DNA of 64,000 nt from Catajapyx aquilonaris (lineage: Eukaryota): positions 1 to 64,000 of the forward strand of contig KZ538500.1 in NCBI GenBank assembly GCA_000934665.2, written 5' to 3'. Under the pieces are notes generated by a model. That model ran no database searches. It saw nothing but the letters and a program-made list of their open reading frames with translations, and had not been told where the DNA came from. Every line of letters starts with the position of its first letter. The first letter of the stretch is position 1. A program made the position numbers and the translations under genes. This document shows, one piece after another, positions 14,236-26,670 of this stretch.

Positions 14236-15734
14236 CGGGTCGTGTCACCTCAGCACTCCGTCATTCTATTGTTTGTCGTCATCCCGGAACTGTTGCTATT
14301 ACCTGCGTGCTCTCCACTGAAGATCCGCAAGTCCGTCCTACACAAGTTTGTGGGCGTTTGTCTTCCGTGCAAGTGTAACATATACTGGAAGTGTGCCCAT
14401 CGTTTTAAATCAACCTGGGCACATCCACATACTGAGGAGGATGCAGCATTAGCTTGAAGACTCTTGAGAATTTCAGTCACATTGACGGAACATACGAAAT
14501 ACGGGTAAAATAGTGTATTTTCACAGTATCTGGTAGATGCCAGCCATGGCACTTATGTATGCAAAAGTTAAAATCATAATAAAATAATAGCGTACATCTT
14601 TAACTGCACGCAAACGTTGTTTGATAGTTAGATATGACAGAAATATTTAGTGCATGATCAACTGGGCTATATCTTGGAAAGCATGATTTGGTGTTTTAAA
14701 CGTTCAATCTTTAAAAACATTGCCATCACCTAAATGTATAAATTGAAATCCTAGAGATGTTATTAATGTTAGTCGCACACTCTTGCTTGTAATATCTTCA
14801 ATTTTTTGCCCAGTTTTCATTTTGCAGAATATCTGGGAATGATATTATTTAAGTTATCTGTTGCTTTGTCAACAGCAATAATACAAATTGAAAGTCCAGC
14901 CAGATATTAAGAATTATTGTGAATTATCATGAACCATTGCTAACGGTCAAAATATAGGCTATCAATTATGTGCAATCTATTGTTTAGATTGTAAACCTCC
15001 CTCTTATGGCAACAATATACTAGCGCACGTATTGTGCACACTGATAATGTATAATATCTGCGTACTATACCATAATTACATTGGCCTTGGACTCGTTGTG
15101 TCTATTTGTCATGCTACTAACAATATATTAGCAATGGTTACATCCCAAATGTACTGTCATTACAGTCATAGTTATGTATAAAGGATCGCAATCACATCAC
15201 TCAATATGACATGGTCTCTTGCCATTTATTGCTTACAAATGGATGAATTTGCTTGGTAATGAAATTAAGTGCACATGTCAACATGTTCAGCACAACATGG
15301 TGTATTATAAACAGCAGATTGAAGCAGGAAAAGAACAGTTAGTGTTGCATTCATCACATTGGTTCATCACTCCTTCAAGAACGACAAGTCAGGAAGCCTA
15401 TTATTAAGAAGGTAGAAGTACAGTAACTACAGACGTGTTTTTGTGCATATGACAGGGGATGGTACGTTTGCATAATTATGATGAGCTCCCAAGCAAAAGC
15501 AGCTAACTCCATAATAAGAAACTGTACAGGAGAGGAGAAAATCCATCTTTAAGATTGGTCCGCAATGAAGTGAGATAAGTGGCGTCACTTTCTGATCATC
15601 CAGTGGATCAAGAACTAGTATACATAAATAGTGTGACGTTTGTTTTCCTTTTGTATGAATCTACTAACAACTTGCAACAAACCACACAGTTTTTAAAGTT
15701 AAATGTGGATTTCTTTCAGTGTCCTCTACCAACG

Positions 15735-18339
15735 ATGTCACGAGTTGGCGTAATAAGGACGAGTCTTGTGCTACTTACATTATTTTATGCAGTAGTTACA
15801 TCAGATCCTGGCACTCTATCGAAGATAGAAAAGTGGTTGGATGTGCCCAGTCAGGACTTCATCTCGTCCTTGGATTCAAAATTGCAAAATGGGTTTCAAG
15901 GAATAAAATTCTTCTTCCAAAATTACATTGTAAGTACTGTATTTCACACTTACAGTTCGTACACGGCTCTTTCTACGATTATTACAAGTGCTACTTTACC
16001 TTCATAACAAAACATTGTTACAGGCACGAACAACTGATGCACCTGGCAATAGATTAATTTGTTTGGGATGTAAAACCGGAATGAAGTTAATTTTGTTCTG
16101 GATATCATCTGGGGCATCTGAAGAGCAAGTGACACGAGCGACGACCAACCTCTGCATTGCTTTGAAACTTTCCAGTGTTGAAACATGCTCCGGAGTCGTC
16201 TCGGTTTATATGGTATTGCGCATTTTTAAGCAATAATATTGCTTAATTGTAGATTTTGTTTTACCTACATTTTATCAACAGCCGGAGGCTTATTACATCT
16301 CCAAGAATAAGAAGGTAACCGCGGACACTGCCTGCGCAGTACTGCTTCAAAGGAACGGCTGCAACTCATTGAAACTCTCCGACACCGCTTGGGACATTGG
16401 AATTGACCTCGGACCACCTCCAAATGTACACGAAACAGAACCTGGAGTCGATGGCAAGGGTGTGACGCCAGTCAAGATACTTCAGTTTGCAGACCTTCAT
16501 TACGATCCGGAGTACATGCCAGGAAGCTCTTCCACTTGCGATGAAATCATATGTTGTCGCCAAAGTACCGGTATGCCCTCTAATCCTAAGGAAGGAGCTG
16601 CTGGCTTCTGGGGAGAGTATTCCAAATGCGACATGCCGTACCACTCGTTGACAAACTCCTTTTCTCACGCTAGACAGCACCATCCGGTCAGTATTTCACT
16701 TTACATGGAATAAATTTGAATATTAAAACGAATTTTCATAGGATGCCGCACTGATTGTAATGACTGGTGACTTACCGGACCACGCTTTATGGGATACATC
16801 TCGCGAGAAGAGCCTTGCCATTTTGGCCAACATGTCCACTACTTTGAGGCAATACTTCCCTAACATTTCTGTGCTCCCTGTCCTGGGAAACCACGAACCT
16901 CACCCTGCCAACAGGTCCGAATAATAAGGCTGGTTCACACGTTTTACTTTTGGATTGCATCAATCATGGGAAACCGAACCCTTTCCGAAACCTGTCCACA
17001 ATTTGATTGCTAAATAGCCGATAACAATTATGATTTCGAGTCAACAAATATGAATTATGTAGGCACCAGCAGGTACAGTACGTCTACAAACAGATTTCAT
17101 CCTTTTTGACATGTTGGCCAATCAGATGATCAACACCCTGGGTTGGCAGCAACTTGGTGTCATATCAAACAAAATAATAGTGTGGGTTTTCTTGATCAAT
17201 AGCTAAAATTATTATATATATTTATTTTTAGTTACGGTATTTTGAGGAATTTATTTAAAAACGCCAGTCCTGACCGCAATACTAATTTCCTCATTCTTAT
17301 TAGTTACCCATACAGCTCGGTTCCCGATACTCGCTTCCAGCCATCTTGGATATATGAAGCTGCAGCCAACTCGTGGTCATCATGGCTACCGGAAGACGCC
17401 TTGGAAAGTCTCAGGAAGAGGGGTTTCTACTCAACAAGTCCACTTCCAGGGTTGAGAGTGTTGGGGTTGAACACGAATATGTGCTACACGTCCAATTTTT
17501 GGCTGTTGTACGACTGGAGAGATCCGGAAGGACACTTGAGGTGGTTGGCAGATCAGCTGTTGCAGGCAGAGGCGTCTGGAGAGGCGGTGATGCTGCTTGG
17601 ACACGTGCCTCCAGGCAATGAGGACTGCTGGAGCGAATGGAGCCGGCATTTTGGAGAGTTGGTCAATCGATTCCGGAACACCATAAGAACCCAGCTGTAT
17701 AGCCATACCCATGCAGAGGAGTTCAAACTATTCTTCCAGGGCGAGGAAGCAACTGGAGTCATGTTTCTGGGTGGGAGTCTCACCACTTACAGGAACTTTA
17801 ATCCTGCCTACAAAGTTATTTACCTACATCCTACGTCATGGGTAGGTGTGTTTTTGTTATGACAAGTCAAAATAATATGCAGCTATTTGTGATTTCAGAG
17901 GGTACTGGACTTTGAGGTTTGGACATACAATCTTACTGAAGCCAATCTAAGCGGGACACCCAAATGGTACCGTCTCTACACGGCGAAGGAGTCATTCGGA
18001 TTGACCTCGCTTTTGCCATCCCAGGTCAATATGCTGGTTCACAGAATGATTTCCAATGACTCACTTTTCCAGGAATATCAAAGGTGACAATCTAATCGAC
18101 TCACTGTTGTATTTATTTATTCATTTATTCATTTATTCATTTATTCATTAAATTAATTAATTGTTTGCTTTACATGGTATGTTAATATGTTTTCTAGAAT
18201 ATTTTGGCGCGATGCGGAACCAGGTTTGCAAACGCAGTGTGACAGTCGCTGCAAAAGCGATCAACTTTGCCGTCTCGTGACTACAAATTGGGGAGACCAA
18301 CGTCAATGCAGAAACATCCGACAACAGATACGCCAATAG
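15735..18339 (+). CDS. SMPD1: Acid sphingomyelinase / sphingomyelin phosphodiesterase (SMPD1-like); exons 15735-15929, 16024-16212, 16282-16686, 16742-16914, 17304-17841, 17899-18083, 18198-18339; about 608 aa
   Basis: Signal peptide; saposin-B-like Cys pattern (CLGC...C...C...C); ADLHYD, CCR, AGFWGEYSKCD, TGDLPDH, LGNHE, NFWLL, GHVPPG, SHTH, NPAYKV, YNLTEAN; Cys-rich C-terminus. Exons sum to 1827 nt, in frame. Confidence 0.9.
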
Positions 18340-18483
18340 TTCAAAATTCGTATAGTCAACTTGGTTGAAAGTTTAAGTAAATAAAATTAATGCACTACTC
18401 TGACTTTTCCATATTAGATTTCTGCCATGGACATTATATTGTCTATGGCAATATTATAAAGAGTGTGCTCTGCCCATATTTAA

Positions 18484-20380
18484 TTATTTCCTCTTCTCCA
18501 CCTTGAGCCATACTCCGTTTTTAGGATATAGCGCCACTATGTTGTCGACGTGCTGCATGGGAATGTCTGTCTTTGCCGATGGTCGAAGATGGAAGTGAAG
18601 CACTGTATACGCCAAAACTGCTTTGGTTTCCATTAGTGCAAGACGCATTCCTGTGAAAAGGAAAAGCGAAAATAAATCATTAGACCATACTCATGAGGTT
18701 AGTGGTGATTCTGGTGAAATTATATACAATGAATTGTGCACTTGTGCCAGAAAAAGCCAATGATTAGTGTTCATAACACATTATTCCTGAGCCTCCACTT
18801 ACCTATGCAATTCCTGGGACCATGTCCGAAAGGCAGGTAAACGTAGGGATGCCTTTTCGATTTTTCTTCATGACTGAATCGGTCTGGGTCAAACTTGTCT
18901 GGATTGGGATAGTATCGTTCGTCGCGATGAATGGCAAAATTAGGAACTATAAGCAGAGTTCCCTTTTCAATCACTTGATTTGTGCCAGGAATCTTGTACT
19001 CTTTCGTGCATGTTCTAGTGAGTTTTGGAGCAGGCGGGTGAAGGCGTAGTGTCTCTGAGTGGAGGAAAAGTTAATGAGTATTTCATAAAGATTCTTCCTA
19101 ATAAAGGCTGTTGATTGACTTTTACCATGCATTACTTTATCCAAGAGGTCCATTTCCATGATCGAATCGTACGTAATCTGCCCATTGTACCTCTCAGTCA
19201 CTTCCACGACTTCTTCGTAAAGTCTCTCTTGAATGTCAGGGTTGACTGCCAGTTCATACACCGCGAAAGCCAAGGAAACTGATGTTGTATCAAACCCAGC
19301 TAACAGAAAAGCCACGCACTGAGCAATAAGAAGGTTTTCCGTCAAAACTGAAAAAGTACAGTATGTTAATCATTGTACATGAATATTCGTAACGGATTGT
19401 TTACTTGGAAAGACTTACTTACTTGCTTTGGTCAGGTTCTTACGCTCATCTGTTGAGGTCTTGTCAGAAGCAGCCTTGTAACCTATTAGATTGTCTGATT
19501 CTGTGTCTTCCTGCAACTCTCCTTTTCTAGCTTCCATGAGCAGCTGTAAAAAGTCATTAGATTTAACTCCACTCTCCTCGCGCTTTGCAATGCTCTCCTT
19601 CACAACTCCGGCAAAGAAATCCAGGGCATCTTTGGCATTGTTTGGTATGTTGATGTGCAGCATGCGCAGGAAACTTACAAAACGTGTAAATGTTGCCACA
19701 AAGAAAAGAATTATAGAAACAATACTTTGCGTGTTTGATAGCTTCTTAACCATCGCTGGAAATAGTGTTGGTGGTTCCTGGAACACGTCACACTGCACAC
19801 CAAATGCAGTGGTAGCAATAACGTCCAACGTGTATCTGCCGAAAGCATCTTTCATTTCAAACTCTTCTTCCTTTTGTGCTTTTAGATTAAAGTAATCCAT
19901 CAGTTTTTGTCCACACTGGGAGACCGATGAAAATATTCTCTTCATCTTGCCTGAAGTGAAAGTGGGTGACAACACTTGCCTGACGTCTTTCCATGTATGA
20001 CCCCTAAGAATGAATATCATCGAATTGCTGATTTCATTGTTCTTGCCGAAATCAAAGACCTGCCTGTCTACAAAGTGATTAAAGTCTTTCACAAGGATGT
20101 CTCGAATTAAATCTGGGTCCCTGACCCACAAGCCGGAGCCAAACAAGCTCACGAAAGCTCCTAATTTCTTCCCAGAAAGTTGCCTGTACACCTCGGTGGT
20201 CGTGTCTTCTTTGGATATTTTAAGGAAAATAATATTCAGGAACCTTCTCCAGTAGTATGTGATTGGCACGACAGAGAAGCCTCTCTTTTTCCATTTGGTG
20301 TTGCTCCATGACACTATGGCTGTCATTAGAATTAGCACACCCAGTATTAGGAAGAGAGGAACGTACAGAAGCATCCACAT
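18484..20380 (-). CDS. Cytochrome P450, CYP3 clan (paralog 6, the only minus-strand copy); exons 20380-19423, 19347-19126, 19054-18803, 18650-18484
   Basis: MWML start, [45 protein letters not shown]. Confidence 0.92.
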
Positions 20381-21684
20381 TTTTGACAGTTTGTTACTGG
20401 CGTCGATCACTCATTTAACCTTGCACCTGCAATATAATGTCACAAAATTAATAAGCTTATTTCTTAATTTTTGATTAACTAATGTTATTGCCTTCATTGC
20501 CAATCATTTAATAGATATAACTCTCACAACTTACAAATTCCTATTCTCTCTGCTGTACGTCAGAAATTTTACGACAGAGCAAAATGTAAAATAGTAATAA
20601 TACGTAATAATCAAACTTCCCTAAATCGAAATTTGAATCGTGGTGTTCTCCATAACTCGCGCTGTTGGTAACAGAGACGAGTAATTATTATCTATGCCAT
20701 TGTTGTAGCGAGGGAAGTTGTGAATTATTATTAATAACTTCTCAAGCACCACTTGAAATGGATACTCTGTAAAAGAGTGTGGATCAATATCCTGTAAAAA
20801 GAAACCACGGACACTTGCACAAATGCACAAATGACTGTTGGGTTGGCCAAAACTTCCGGAGACGCGTCAATAATTCAACTATACAGTACGAGTTTGAATA
20901 ACCCTGCTTGGTTTTTTTTTCTCAGATGGTTTTAAGGAGAATCAACTCAGCCCTAAAGAGCTCATAAACCCTCCGTACTAGCCAGTAATCATCGAAACCC
21001 TATCTAACCGTGTGATCAGAAGAGGAGTTTATAAAAAGAGTTGTATGTGTATAAGGTCATGTATGGCCTAGTACCTGCCAAAACAACATACACGTTTCCT
21101 ACCTGGCTGAACTCCTCGCTATTCAAAAAAACTCACCGCCAGAAGGTATACTGGATGAAGTAAGTTTGGAGTGACGATATGCACTACTTATCTACTACAT
21201 GTCACCTTGAAAAGTTTTATCAGACTGTTGAGTAATGAGCGCGGCAGTTGACCTTCCTATCGGTTGAGGGTCCTGGAATCAAACTGTCCGGTTACAGCAT
21301 TTCCATATTAGGCTATACCTTCCCACGAGTCAATAAAATCTGCAGTGACAAAAAATTGCCTATGATTCCAGGTAAGCCAAATGCTGCACCAAAAATGCGA
21401 GAGATTGTTGCAAAAATGGCAGTGTCATAAAAAGTAGCAGGATAACAAATGACTATATATGACTTATATAACATTATTGCAACATTCCACTCTACTCCTG
21501 ACCATACCTTATTCGTCTATCTTCTTATCAACGCAGATTGCGCGCTAAGTAATGTGATCTTTTACCTTTTATAGTTACTTCGTCAAGATGTCCTTGATAT
21601 GATCACGATGCCACATCGATTATATAATCACTTGTTTACGTCCTCACGGTGCCGTACCCTACGCAGTTGAAAGTGTGCTTAGCA

Positions 21685-24600
21685 ATGTGGTGGACCGTGC
21701 TGTGCGTCGTCCTCACCCCAATTTTGGGGATACTTCTGTTGATAGCAGCATTGGTGGCAGGGTGTAATCACTACTGGAGGAGAAGAAACTACCCCACAGT
21801 TCCGGCCTCTATCTTCTGGAAAGACCTGGTTCGCCTCGCTTTTGGGACCAAAAGCAGCGGCGACATTGAATATGAGATTTACAAGCATGTGTCAGGAAAA
21901 GGATTCGGAGGTGTGACCGAGGTACTTGGCACCACGCTGTGGATTACGGAACCCGAGCTCATCAAAACCATAATGGTCAAGGACTTTGATCATTTTGTAG
22001 ACAGACCTAATGTTTTAGGTTCTGTAGATGAATACACCCATCTCATGGTTCCCAATTTGTCAGGAGAAGAATGGAAGACTGTAAGGAACGTTCTTTCACC
22101 TACATTCACGTCAGGAAAAATGAAAAGAATATTTTCACCTCTGGTGCAATACGGAGATCACTTGAAGTCTTACTTTGCCAAAAAGGCGGAGGCAGGTGAG
22201 GAGATCGAATTGAAGGACGCCTACGGAAGGTTCTCTATGGATGTGATGGCTAGCACGGCTTTCGGAATTCACATTGACTCATTCAAGGAGCCAAATGCTT
22301 TGTTTCCTTCCATGATGAAGAATCTTTCATCTCCTGGACCATGGGGCCTTGCGTTTATGATAGCTCTTGAGACTGTTCCTAATGTGAAAAAAATGCTGCA
22401 AACTCTGCGTGTTCCAATGCAAAGCGCACAAGACAGTGTCAACTTTTTCGCGTCTGTCGTGAAAGACAGTGTGGCAGCGCGCGATAAGAGCGGAATCAAA
22501 GGAAACGACTTCTTACAGCTACTCTTGGACGCAAGGAAGGGTGAGTTGCAGGACGCTGAAAATGACAGCTTAATAGGTTACGACGTCTCTTTGGACAAGA
22601 CATCAACAGAAGCACGCAGAATTCTTACCAAGAAAGGTCAGTTATATACTGTACCAAGAAGTTGTCTGCTATATAAAAATAATCATCTCATCTTTCCAGT
22701 TTTGACGGAGCCACTCCTGATCGCGCAGTCTATATTATTCCTTCTGGCAGGACTTGAAGGTGTGGCAGGTTCTATATCTTTCACTGCCTACCAGCTGGCC
22801 CTCAACCCGGACATCCAGGAAAAGCTCTACGAGGAGGTGAAAGAAGTGGCTGACAATCATGGAGGAACATTCACCTACGACTCAATAATGAACATGGAGT
22901 TTCTAGACAAAGTCTTCCAAGGTGAATATGCTATATTGTAACGGTACGTTGGGGATAGGTGGGAATAACATACAAGGGTGGGCTAATAACTAGTATATTA
23001 CAATATGATACATAAATACAGTGAGAAGGAGTAGTAGTCCAGGCAGATTTGTATTTTCGCACATATTGCGTGTTAATTTTGATCTGTTTGTTGGAAGTTG
23101 TTAAGCATAATGAGAAGTTTCAAAATCGACTTGTCGCCATTTCCCACCCGGCATATTACGGCCGCCATCTTGGAAAAATGGCGGAAAAAACAGGGTTTTC
23201 CGTTTTATCTTTTTAACCGTTCATTTTCTGAAAAATAATTAGACATTAAACATGACGGTAATTATATGTCGCATCGAAGAGTACTCTATCAATATTGTGA
23301 TAACTTTAACCGTTCAGCCAGAATCGAGCGGACAATGACCATTACTACCTTCGCCTGGATTAGCGCGGGAAGAATTGTTCAAAAATTCCGTGCCGCTGTA
23401 ATTTTAATGATAATTTTGATCTGTTTGTGGGAAGTTGTTAAGGACAATAAGAAGTTGCAAAATCAACTTGTCGCCATGATTTTAGCTACCTATTACAACC
23501 GCCATCTTGGAAAAATGGCGGCAAAAAGAGATATTTTTGCTTTTTTTTTGAACAGTTAATGTTATGAAAAGACAACTAAAACAAATATTAAAGAGCATGA
23601 GATTTAGTAAATGTATGAGATTAGTAAATTTGTACTTATCAATGTTTTGATAAGTGTAACTGTTCAGCTGAAATTCATGATTAAGATTTTTCCTATCACA
23701 GGATTTCGAGTAGAGCAGTGGTTCCCAACCTTTTCGTCATGAAGCCCCCCTTTTCGTTTCCATCGGCAAACACTCCCGNCCCCCCGGCCCCAATAAATTC
23801 CAGCAAGAGTTTCTTGAAATATATTTTTATAACCGAGGAATGCAAACATGTCGATAGGAAACGACAGAAGAGCCATGTTACATTATTTTACTTATTTCTC
23901 ATGGCCTCACGCCCCCCGGTGGGGAACCACTGTAGAGCATAAGAAACATATTTTAAAATGGTGTAATACATATTCCAAGATATGAATTGCTTTCTGCTGA
24001 CTATTAGGCAACGTATGAAAATTGATCTCAAAAGTGAACAGAACAACTTGGTTGTTTGTGGGTCACACACTTTAATAAAAAAAAAATGTCACTATACACT
24101 CGTAAATGGACCTGATATTTATTGTGCCAAGCAATAATTCTTGTGTTACAAAACTTTAGCTTGTTCCCAGTGTTTCTTCCTCAAACATCGATGTAAGAAA
24201 CTCAGTTTTATAATCATAACAGTGTACACTTCATAATAGATAATATACATACTGTATAGTAGGCTATGCAGTAGTTCTATCCTGCATACAGAAGTCCTCA
24301 TCGTCCGTATCTGCATTGTGCATTGGGTTGCTGCTGATTAACACAATAATGATCAGAACACCCGCAAGTTCAGTGAAAATGATGTTGGTCTTGATACAGC
24401 TTCGCTGCAGCTTTTCGTAGGAGAAACCCAGTGTAGACATTGACAAGGAGGACTCCTGCACACAGGATATAACTAGTATAGCCTACTGTATACAGTACAG
24501 TAGTCTATGTATCAGATTTCTTGTAAACGATATTATCAACAAAAATGATTATAATACTCGTAAACCTGAATTTCTTACATCGATGTCTGAGGAACAAGTT

Positions 24601-26402
24601 AAAGTTTTGTAACGCAAGAATCATTGCCCTGCGCAATAAATATCAGGTCCATTTACGAGTGTATATTGACATTAAAAAAATTCCAGTGTGTGACCAGCAA
24701 ACAACCAAGTTGTTCCGTTGATAAGTTGCCTAATAGTCAGCAGAAAGCAATTTATAACTTGAAACATGTATTACACCATTTAAAATATGTTTCTTATATG
24801 CTCTACTAGAAATCCTGTGATAGGAAAAATCTTAAATCATGAATTTCAGCTGAACAGTTACACTTATCAAAACATTGATAAGTACAAATTTACTGTAAAT
24901 CTCATGCTCTTTAACTTTTGTTTCAGTTGTCTTTTCATAACATTAACTGTTCAAAAAAAAGCAAAAATAGCTCTTTTTGCCGCCATTTTTCCAAGATGGC
25001 GGTTGTAATAGGTAGCTAAAATCATGGCGACAAGTTGATTTTGCAACTTCTTATTGTCCTTAACAACTCCCCACAAACAGATCAAAATTATCATTAAAAT
25101 TACAGCGGCACGGAATTTTTGAACAATTCTTCCCGCGCTAATCCAGGCGAAGGTAGTAATGGTCATTGTCCGCTCGATTCTGGCTGAACGGTTAAAGTTA
25201 TCACAATATTGATAGAGTACTCTTCGATGCGACATATAATTACCGTCATGTGTAATGTCTAATTATTTTTCAGAAAATGAACGGTTAAAAAGATAAAACG
25301 GAAAACCCTGTTTTTTCCGCCATTTTTCCAAGATGGCGGCCGTAATATTCCGGGTGGGAAATGGCGACAAGTCGATTTTGAAACTTCTCATTATGCTTAA
25401 CAACTTCCAACGAACAGATCAAAATTAACACGCAATATGAGCGGAACTGATTTTTTGACCAAATCTGCCCGAAGGAAGGAAGGAAGGAAGGAAGGACCTG
25501 ATCAGGGATAGGGTGAAAGAGGGCCGAGCCCACCAGTCCAACTCCTATTTATGGACGAGTCCCTCACTCTGGGGGTCAAGGGTAGGTGGCTTGGGGGAGG
25601 ATTGGAAAAGGGTTGCAAGAAGGACGCGGGGTCATGATCCGATAAGTCTATGGAGGAGAGGAGATGGTGAGCTGGACAGGAAGGGACTAATTAGCAGGAG
25701 GGGGAAGGTGGGTGGTGAGAAGGACTGGTATAATATAACATTCTCTTCTTTTCTGGTAACAAGAACACATCGATGTTCTACGTGTAGGTGACTCCTACAC
25801 GAATTTTCCCTCAACGGACATGCAGTATTTCCTCTACATCAATAGTCCGTTTGTATGATGTTTCACTGCTTATGACCTAACTTTAAATTTCAGAGACTCT
25901 TCGCCTTCATCCTGTTGCTCCAAGATACAACAGAACATGCACCAGGAACTACAGAATTCCGAACACGGATTACGTCATAGAGAAGGGTACAGTTTTAACC
26001 TTTCCAGCCCAGTGTATCCACATGGACAAGCGACACTTCCCCAACCCGACCAAGTTCGACCCAGAAAGATTCCGCGCGGAAGAGAAAACCAAGAGGCATC
26101 CATACGCGTACCTACCCTTCGGACACGGGCCCAGAAATTGCCTTGGTTAGCTACTGCATGTTACTACGTAAACTCTCCTCGCATGTCGTCACAGAAGTGT
26201 GAATAAAATGTCACTCCTCTCGCTTTTCCTTGCAGGAATGAGATTTGCCTTGATGGAAGCCAAAGCAGCTCTGGCCATGACAGTCCTCAACTTCCGGTTC
26301 CATCCCTCGAAGAAGACGGGCATTCCTCTGAAGTATGATATAGGGGCTATTTCCCTCAAGGCTATAAATGGAGTCTGGCTTAAAGTTGAGAAGAGATACT
26401 GA
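21685..26402 (+). CDS. Cytochrome P450, CYP3 clan, atypical I-helix (paralog 7); exons 21685-22636, 22700-22921, 25894-26145, 26236-26402
   Basis: MWW start, WKTVR, I-helix [31 protein letters not shown]. Intron 2 is about 3 kb and contains a foldback element. Confidence 0.88.
23042..25469. mobile_element. Foldback-type non-autonomous element, about 2.4 kb, with long inverted arms
   Basis: Begins GGCAGATTTG and ends CAAATCTGCC. 23063-23700 is nearly the exact reverse complement of about 24810-25438, and similarity continues inward to about 24300/24448. Sub-repeats such as CCGCCATCTTGGAAAAATGGCGG occur twice per arm. No clear TSD. Confidence 0.85.
23716..23932. mobile_element. hAT (Charlie-like) MITE nested in the left arm of the foldback
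   Basis: TIRs CAGTGGTTCCCAACC / GGTGGGGAACCACTG, flanked by a TAGAG direct repeat; absent from the equivalent position of the right arm. Confidence 0.8.
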
Positions 26403-26582
26403 TTTACAGCTAGTTCCGCATCACTGGCATAGTCCTATACATACAGTATAGATAGTTTCCCTAAGTGAAGATTAATAATATGTGAACGACATCAAACCAG
26501 TGATAATAAACCATTTTTCCCATAAGCACAAAATGTGTATAGTGCAATTATTTTAAAACAGAAATAAATAGCAGTAGCGTAA

Positions 26583-26670
26583 AGTGAATATTCGAGCAGT
26601 GGAGCAAGAGGTACTGTACAAAATTTAAATTTCGTACAGTACCTCTTGCTCCACTGCTCGAATATTCACT
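26583..26670. repeat. Near-perfect 88-bp palindrome
   Basis: 37-bp perfect arms AGTGAATATTCGAGCAGTGGAGCAAGAGGTACTGTAC, one mismatched pair, then a self-complementary AAATTTAAATTT centre. Confidence 0.92.

Noticed and set aside
21649..22941. 430-aa single-ORF P450 with an insertion (likewise 43447-44820)
   Set aside because: Intron 1 is simply stop-free and in frame; canonical GT/AG sites lie at the positions shared with paralogs.
23266..25235. Two near-identical ~95-aa ORFs (MSHRRVLYQY...) on opposite strands
   Set aside because: By-product of the foldback's inverted arms; no recognisable domain.
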